Below, one piece after another: positions 58,415 to 64,000 of a stretch of 64,000 bases of DNA. Numbering within the stretch: position 1 is the first letter of the stretch; each line of letters begins with the position of its first letter. Position numbers and translations under genes: made by a program. The notes beneath the pieces were generated by a model. The model saw only the letters and a list, made by a program, of their open reading frames with translations. It searched no databases and had not been told where the DNA came from. Source of the DNA: Candidatus Thorarchaeota archaeon (lineage in GTDB: Archaea > Asgardarchaeota > Thorarchaeia > Thorarchaeales > Thorarchaeaceae); the NCBI GenBank assembly GCA_011364985.1, contig RDOC01000003.1:158061-222060 (forward strand). The letters run 5' to 3'.

Positions 58415-59062
58415 CTATAGCTTCTTTTTACAAAACCACCAATCAGTGCAGTCGAATCCTTCCTTGAGGCGCTTCTCTGCACCTTCCTTGGTCTTCGGAG
58501 GAGGAACAATCACCTTGTCACCTGGATTCCAGTTAGCAGGAGTAGCAACATTATGCTTATCAGATGTCTGAAACGCGTCAACGACCCTTAGGATTTCAGC
58601 CATGTTACGTCCGTTGCTGAGTGGATAGTAGATCAATGCCCGAAGTTTGAATTCAGGGTCGATGAAGAATACTGCTCGAACCGCAGCTGTTCCGCTTTGA
58701 GCTGGGTGTATCATTCCGTACTTCTTTGCAACGTTCATGCTAAGGTCCTCGATGATCGGGAACGGAATCTCCACGCCAAACTTCTCCTTAATTGTGCTAA
58801 TCCATGAAATATGCGAATAGATGCTATCAATGCTAAGCCCTAGAAGCTTAACTCCTCGCTTCTGGAGTTCTGGATAAATCTCTGTGAATCCAATAAATTC
58901 AGTGGTGCACACAGGTGTGAAGTCGGCAGGATGGCTGAATAGGATGACCCAGCTGCCTTTTGCCCAGTCACTGAACTTTATTGGACCATCGGTGGTCACT
59001 GCCTCAAAATCAGGAGCTTCCTCTCCAATTAGGAGCATCCTCGTTTCTTCATATTCTTCCAT
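58415..59062 (-). CDS. Peroxiredoxin (Prx6/archaeal type)
   Basis: FSHPADFTPVCTTE, GRN, TPANW, CTDWWFC. Confidence 0.93.
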   Translation of the reverse strand: MEEYEETRMLLIGEEAPDFEAVTTDGPIKFSDWAKGSWVILFSHPADFTPVCTTEFIGFTEIYPELQKRGVKLLGLSIDSIYSHISWISTIKEKFGVEIPFPIIEDLSMNVAKKYGMIHPAQSGTAAVRAVFFIDPEFKLRALIYYPLSNGRNMAEILRVVDAFQTSDKHNVATPANWNPGDKVIVPPPKTKEGAEKRLKEGFDCTDWWFCKKKL

Positions 59063-59095
59063 TCGAACTATCTCCGTGAATTAGTGGATGTAAAC

Positions 59096-59160
59096 AATAA
59101 TCATTATTATTTAAGTATTATTATCTGTAAAAATTTTACCCTTGATAATAATATTTATTA
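59096..59160. promoter_or_regulatory. AT-rich divergent promoter with Fur/PerR-box-like inverted repeats
   Basis: AATAAT-C-ATTATT (59096-59108) and GATAATAATATTTATTA. Confidence 0.55.
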
Positions 59161-59185
59161 GAAGATTTTATGGTTCCAACATGTC

Positions 59186-59614
59186 ATGACCGCTGCAAAA
59201 CCTGATATAACACTAGAATTGCACAGTAGAGGGTATCGTGCAACACCCCAAAGACTCTCTATCTATGATGCAATATGGAATGCCGGTGACCATCCAACAG
59301 TCGCTCAGATCCACGAATGCGCAGTCAAGAGAGACCCCACAATTAGCCTTGCAACGGTCTACAAGACGCTCCAACTTTTAACAAATATTGGCCTTATACG
59401 AGAGATGGCTTCTAGGGATGACTCCATGCGTTATGATTCAGTAGTGGATAGTCATATCAATTTGGTATGTAGTAAGTGTGGAGAGGTAGAGGATTTTGAG
59501 TGCGATAAGATAGAAAGCATTGTAGCTGCAATAAGCTCCCAAACCAACTTTCTCGTAAGCAGTCAAAGCTTTGAGGTCTATGGTGTATGTTCTAAATGTA
59601 GGGCCTCGACTTAA
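59186..59614 (+). CDS. Fur/PerR family transcriptional regulator
   Basis: RATPQR, HPT, SLATVYKTL, H.NLVCSKCG, YGVCSKC. Confidence 0.9.
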   Translation: MTAAKPDITLELHSRGYRATPQRLSIYDAIWNAGDHPTVAQIHECAVKRDPTISLATVYKTLQLLTNIGLIREMASRDDSMRYDSVVDSHINLVCSKCGEVEDFECDKIESIVAAISSQTNFLVSSQSFEVYGVCSKCRAST

Positions 59615-59625
59615 CCATAACACTT

Positions 59626-60237
59626 CTATGAACCAGTAGGCAATGCTTTCAGTTCAGCTGCATGAATGACTCTTGCAGAAACAGGAACCAGCAGTAGTAC
59701 AGTCGGGATTCCTTGAGTCAACATAGGGAGAAGGACAAAGCCTATGCCAACAAGGACTGAGTATCCCTCTACTACAATTCCCACAACAACCAGCAGCAGA
59801 GCAGTGAGTACGAGACCCACAAGGGAGAGTATTGAGAGCTTGGCTAAAGAGCGTCCTGTCGCAAAGTTGTAAGAGGACAAGCCTACGACTAAGCCCATGA
59901 GTCCGTAGGCGATACCTTGCAGTGTGAAGCTGACTATTGTTGAGTGAAGAAGAAGGTCTCCAACTGCTACGCCAATATAACCTGCCAGAAAACCTGAGAA
60001 AGGACCTCGGAAAGCACCAACCAAGGCAATGATTACAATTGTGGGAAGGATTCCAAATTTGAACAGTGATATTGCCAAGAATGGCATGGACAAAGTCGAG
60101 AACGCCATAAAGAGGACAGCGCCAATCAGACCTATCAGAATAGTCCAGAATGAACTCGTGATGTCTTCCAGACGAAACAAGACTCTGAAAGGCTTTGATT
60201 GCTCTTGTGTGCCCATTTGATTGTCCTCTGTCATCAT
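59626..60237 (-). CDS. ECF transporter S-component-like membrane protein (paralog)
   Basis: GAFRGPFSGFLAGYIG; GRSLAKLS shared with 55977-56600. Confidence 0.7.
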   Translation of the reverse strand: MMTEDNQMGTQEQSKPFRVLFRLEDITSSFWTILIGLIGAVLFMAFSTLSMPFLAISLFKFGILPTIVIIALVGAFRGPFSGFLAGYIGVAVGDLLLHSTIVSFTLQGIAYGLMGLVVGLSSYNFATGRSLAKLSILSLVGLVLTALLLVVVGIVVEGYSVLVGIGFVLLPMLTQGIPTVLLLVPVSARVIHAAELKALPTGS

Positions 60238-60245
60238 TCTTCACC

Positions 60246-61901
60246 TCACTTTATCACCAGATTGTAGACTCCCGGGTCTAGAGTAAGCCTAAAGCCGTCA
60301 CCAAGAGAAACAAGTTCTCCAAGGGCATATCCACTGGAATACGCTGTTGGAGTGTGCACGAAGTTGCTGAAGGTCAAGGTAGCGGTCGCGTCAACGCGAA
60401 TGTTCAAAATGAATGCATCTTTGAGTGAATCCCATACAGCCTGATAGACCCAGATGTTGGCGTCATCTGCTTTGGATATATAGGGATAGTTCCAGAAGTC
60501 AGGGGACCTTGCATCAGCAAGATCTTTGATAGAAACCGGACTCTTAGCCCAAATCCAGCCAAAGGCCATTGCGGATTGCAGAAAGGGCTCTAAGGACATA
60601 GTGTCAAAATGCATCGTTCGCCCATCTTCTGACCATACCTGATTGAAGGCTGGCCAGAGAAAATTAAGGATTCTATCTCGTGTCACGAAGTCGCCTCGCT
60701 GTTTGGCAAGATGAAGAGTAAACAGGGTGCCAAGTATGTCAAAGGTACCAAAGGTTGATGGATGATTGTAGGAGTCAATGATGTACATTCGATCTCCGGA
60801 GAGTTCTCTCCCGTAGACATCAATATAGGCTGGATAGAGAGGAATTGTCTTTCCCCCCCAAGTGTACTCAAGAAATGCAAGTGCCCATCCATTGCAGTAG
60901 GAAGACACCTGACGTCTTCCATCATTTGTTATTCTATCTAGTGATGGCCCAGGGAAAGTGTAGTCAGGCCCAGTGGGAGACTCAACGAACCCCGTTGGTT
61001 TCATCATATAGTATCCATCTGTGAAAAGCCCATAGTTGTCTGTCATATTTGCTTCAATAAAGTCAAGACCATACTCCCACATTCCTCCCTCCATATAGCT
61101 TGTATTGTACATGTTATCATAGAGCTCAGTTGTGACAATGGGAATGCTGTTACATTGAACAAAGACTATGTAAGGTTCACAGGGGATGAGCCCAACGCCC
61201 CAGATTCCACCCTCCTTAGGATTACCGAATCCATCTGTTGTTAACGAGTTATTCCAGTCAGCCACAAACCAGCCGAGTTCATCCCTCATCTCGCCTGTGT
61301 TGAAATTACGCTCGAATAGCGACATCATGAGTGCATAATGCCCAGTCCACATAATGTTCGCTGGTCCCCGAAAGCCCCCAACATAGAGATCATCAGAATC
61401 CGGTGTTGTAGTATTGGGCCACCAGTAGTCCAAAAAGTTGTACGAGGGATTCGACCACTCCCTATACTCGATACTGTTGTTGCACCATTCCGCCTCTGTC
61501 GTATTCATCTTTCTAATCAAGTCTCGAGAGAAGTTGCGGTAATAGTCCGTGCGATAACCAAGTGTTGATTCAAACATCATGGACACCGAATATTGCATGA
61601 AGGCCAATACATAATGCTGTAAGCCAAAGAAATCATCTGCATACCATCCATCCCACGAGCCATACGGCTGAAAATCTGAACTGACTAATGTATTCAGATA
61701 GTTGAAGATAGCCAACTGCAAATGGTCAATTGCCATGTAGTCGGCAAATCTGAATGTGACCCCGTCCACTACTTGAACGCCAACAGTAATTTGAGGGGCT
61801 GGCAGATTGCCAAAGGACAACCCTGCGAATACAATCAATCCAATCAGGGTGATAGTGAAGAACTTGTTCGACATGACTGTTGTTTTCATATGCATCCCCA
61901 T
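60246..61901 (-). CDS. Linalool dehydratase/isomerase-like protein (paralog)
   Basis: YVLAFMQY, NIMWTGHY, LIPCEPYIVFVQCNS; N-terminal signal/TM. Confidence 0.8.
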   Translation of the reverse strand: MGMHMKTTVMSNKFFTITLIGLIVFAGLSFGNLPAPQITVGVQVVDGVTFRFADYMAIDHLQLAIFNYLNTLVSSDFQPYGSWDGWYADDFFGLQHYVLAFMQYSVSMMFESTLGYRTDYYRNFSRDLIRKMNTTEAEWCNNSIEYREWSNPSYNFLDYWWPNTTTPDSDDLYVGGFRGPANIMWTGHYALMMSLFERNFNTGEMRDELGWFVADWNNSLTTDGFGNPKEGGIWGVGLIPCEPYIVFVQCNSIPIVTTELYDNMYNTSYMEGGMWEYGLDFIEANMTDNYGLFTDGYYMMKPTGFVESPTGPDYTFPGPSLDRITNDGRRQVSSYCNGWALAFLEYTWGGKTIPLYPAYIDVYGRELSGDRMYIIDSYNHPSTFGTFDILGTLFTLHLAKQRGDFVTRDRILNFLWPAFNQVWSEDGRTMHFDTMSLEPFLQSAMAFGWIWAKSPVSIKDLADARSPDFWNYPYISKADDANIWVYQAVWDSLKDAFILNIRVDATATLTFSNFVHTPTAYSSGYALGELVSLGDGFRLTLDPGVYNLVIK

Positions 61902-62234
61902 GCAGAGTAAAAACTTCAGAATGCTATGAAATGGTGCATAATATATCTATCTCACAAGGGAAGGCCTCAGCACTTGTATTTCTCCACTGGAGCCAGGACC
62001 AAAAAACTTCAATTCAAAGGTCAGAGAACTGATGATATCATTTTGGTTTCAGTGTGTTTAAGATCATTTGAACATTTGATGGTGACTGGAATCGGCTTAC
62101 CCATTGGAGCTGGTGGTTAAGCCACGCAAATTCTGTGAGCCTGCCTTGAAGAGGTCGAGGTTGATATGAGCTCAAGGGGGTTCATTCCGAAGGTGGGGTC
62201 AATATAATCAATCGATTTAGAGAATCACTAAACT

Positions 62235-62254
62235 TACCGACATATGTCGGGAGA
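62235..62254. promoter_or_regulatory. Palindromic operator candidate
   Basis: TA-CCGACATATGTCGG-GAGA contains a perfect 14-bp palindrome; 17/20 copy at 63708-63727. Confidence 0.6.
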
Positions 62255-62286
62255 GTTCATATATCGCTATGGAGAGAGGGTGAAAC

Positions 62287-63009
62287 ATGTCGCTATTTGA
62301 AGTTGTGTTTAGAGCATTCTATGATAATCCTTTCAGCAAGGTCACAGAGAGAAATCCCTCGGTGCAGCTGTATCAATGGTGCAACGATCAACACGATATT
62401 ATTGAGCTGGTATTACAGAAACCGGAAGACTATGATCAAGTGCGCAAGGAGTTCGAAAAAGCGGTTGAGATTGTTGATGAGATAGATAATGGATCTAACA
62501 TACATGTCATCACTAGAATGTGTGCATGTGATGGGCCCGGCACAGTGAATAGCTATCTTAGTGATCCTAGCCTTCTGGTGATACCGCCAGTTGCCTATGA
62601 AAAGGGCTGGGAGTACTTCAGACTGATTGCCTTCAGGCATGAAGGAATTACAAGACTGCTTACCAAGTTACGAGAGGCTGGTTTCAGAGTTGAGATTCTT
62701 AGAAAGACTCCATTTGACGGATACATAGCGAGTTCATTGACTCTATCAACAGACACCCTATTCTCAGGGCTAACAGAGAAACAGATGGATGCACTTCTCA
62801 CAGCCTATGCACAGGGCTACTTCAGGTTTCCAAGAGGGTCTGACCTTCAGACCATTGCATCCAAGGAGAAGATAGGGAGAACTACCTTTTTGGAGCATCT
62901 TAAGAAAGCTGAGAACAAAATTATCACGGCACTAATTCCACACATTCAGCTATTCAGGAAGATACCTCAGGAACGAAAAGACAGCATGCGTCTTATTCAC
63001 AGTGCCTGA
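62287..63009 (+). CDS. Bacterio-opsin-activator-type (HTH_10) transcriptional regulator
   Basis: LTEKQ..L..AYAQGYF.FPR..L..IA..TTFLEHLKKAE. Confidence 0.88.
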   Translation: MSLFEVVFRAFYDNPFSKVTERNPSVQLYQWCNDQHDIIELVLQKPEDYDQVRKEFEKAVEIVDEIDNGSNIHVITRMCACDGPGTVNSYLSDPSLLVIPPVAYEKGWEYFRLIAFRHEGITRLLTKLREAGFRVEILRKTPFDGYIASSLTLSTDTLFSGLTEKQMDALLTAYAQGYFRFPRGSDLQTIASKEKIGRTTFLEHLKKAENKIITALIPHIQLFRKIPQERKDSMRLIHSA

Positions 63010-63086
63010 GAGGGGACCCTCCAAGGATTCAATCTTTGCACGTTGCCCGGTACAGACTCCTCCAACTGGTACACTACAAGATCCTC

Positions 63087-63428
63087 CTAGATTGAGTTCC
63101 TGATCTCCTCAAGCTTTTCTCTGGCTTCTGGTTCATTTGACAGAAAACTCTCAATCTTCTCACATAGATAATCGTCGCAGTGGGCGCAGGTTTCCACTCC
63201 TCGCTTCATGGCACAAGGACGCACCAGACATATGCTCCGGCACCATCCAGAAATCCTTGACGATCGGCATCCATCACACTCAATATCCTGTACTGTGAAC
63301 TCGGTGTTGAATTGTCGACTCCAGCGTTCAGCAATTTGTTTCATTTGCTCCAGATTCTTGGCCTGAGTTGCTTTGAATGCACTACAGTCGCTGCAGTCCA
63401 ATCCGCAGTAAGCGATGATCTTAGACAT
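63087..63428 (-). CDS. DUF3795 Cys-rich protein
   Basis: AYCGLDCSDC, CDGCRS, CAHCDDYLC. Confidence 0.85.
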   Translation of the reverse strand: MSKIIAYCGLDCSDCSAFKATQAKNLEQMKQIAERWSRQFNTEFTVQDIECDGCRSSRISGWCRSICLVRPCAMKRGVETCAHCDDYLCEKIESFLSNEPEAREKLEEIRNSI

Positions 63429-63450
63429 AGTTGTTTTTCACATCCTTGAT

Positions 63451-63699
63451 CTATCTGATGAATGACGCTCTGTGTGCTGCTGCCATAGCGAGCGCCTTTC
63501 TGTGTTCCAGTTCGCGCATAGCCTCCTCAGACGTAAGGTACTTGCGGAGCTTCGCAGATTCCTCATCATAAATCTCAGATTTTACTGAGGCTGTTTTCCT
63601 AGTATTGATTGGTTCCAGCGTTTCTGTATGAACGCATACCTGCTGACTTTGTGAACATTCCATCTGTATCATCAAGGGATGGATGAAGAGAACGGGCAT
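63451..63699 (-). CDS. Small hypothetical protein
   Basis: Co-oriented with DUF3795; start uncertain. Confidence 0.45.
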   Translation of the reverse strand: MPVLFIHPLMIQMECSQSQQVCVHTETLEPINTRKTASVKSEIYDEESAKLRKYLTSEEAMRELEHRKALAMAAAHRASFIR

Positions 63700-63707
63700 A
63701 ACTTTTG

Positions 63708-63727
63708 TACCGACACTTGACGGGAGA
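63708..63727. promoter_or_regulatory. Second copy of operator candidate
   Basis: TACCGACACTTGACGGGAGA. Confidence 0.5.
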
Positions 63728-63764
63728 ATCTATTCAAAAGAGAATGATGGAATCTCAGGTGGTT

Positions 63765-64000
63765 TTACTCACTCCACCAAATGAGTGACTGAAAATTGTC
63801 TACTATGTCAAAGCCGATAGACTTGTACAGGGCGATTGCTGCTGCATTATTCACGTGCACTCGGAGGTATGCTTTTTTACACCTAGCCTCTATCAGTTTC
63901 TTCAAGCCAAAAGAGACCATTTTTCTGCCATATCCCTTTCCCCGATGATCTCTTTTCACTCCAACAACTCCTATTAATCCGCTTTCTGTGCTGAACTCAA
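63765..64000 (-). CDS. GNAT acetyltransferase (5' end beyond window)
   Basis: HRGKGYG, NNAAAIALYKSIGF. Confidence 0.85.
   Translation of the reverse strand, partial: EFSTESGLIGVVGVKRDHRGKGYGRKMVSFGLKKLIEARCKKAYLRVHVNNAAAIALYKSIGFDIVDNFQSLIWWSE

Overview
Archaeal chromosome segment, most consistent with an Asgard archaeon such as Thorarchaeia. This is an inference from the gene content: TfrAB, CTP-dependent RibK, Taw1, Trm5, IPK, proteasome beta, an EMC6-like protein, a Vps29-like protein and a PCI-domain protein. Housekeeping blocks at 1-17.5 kb and 36-55 kb flank an accessory region at about 17.6-36 kb. That region is built around a tRNA-Asn(GTT) gene (29245-29469, minus) that parses cleanly into 6 exons and five BHB introns. 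A 19-bp direct repeat of the tRNA 3' end (21242-21260 / 29238-29256) bounds an ~8 kb insert with no visible integrase. The insert encodes a HerA/VirB4-like ATPase, an acidic protein with a LAGLIDADG-like domain, a coupled small partner and a NYN-LOTUS RNase. A decayed paralog of the LAGLIDADG gene lies just outside the left repeat, suggesting serial integration, and an inverted, one-intron, truncated copy of the same tRNA with its promoter sits at 18.9-19.0 kb. At 54-62 kb, two linalool dehydratase/isomerase homologues, each paired with an ECF S-component-like gene, are co-oriented with a prenol kinase-like gene and IPK, forming a candidate terpene/isoprenoid salvage pathway. All assignments come from reading motifs by eye; no database searches were run.
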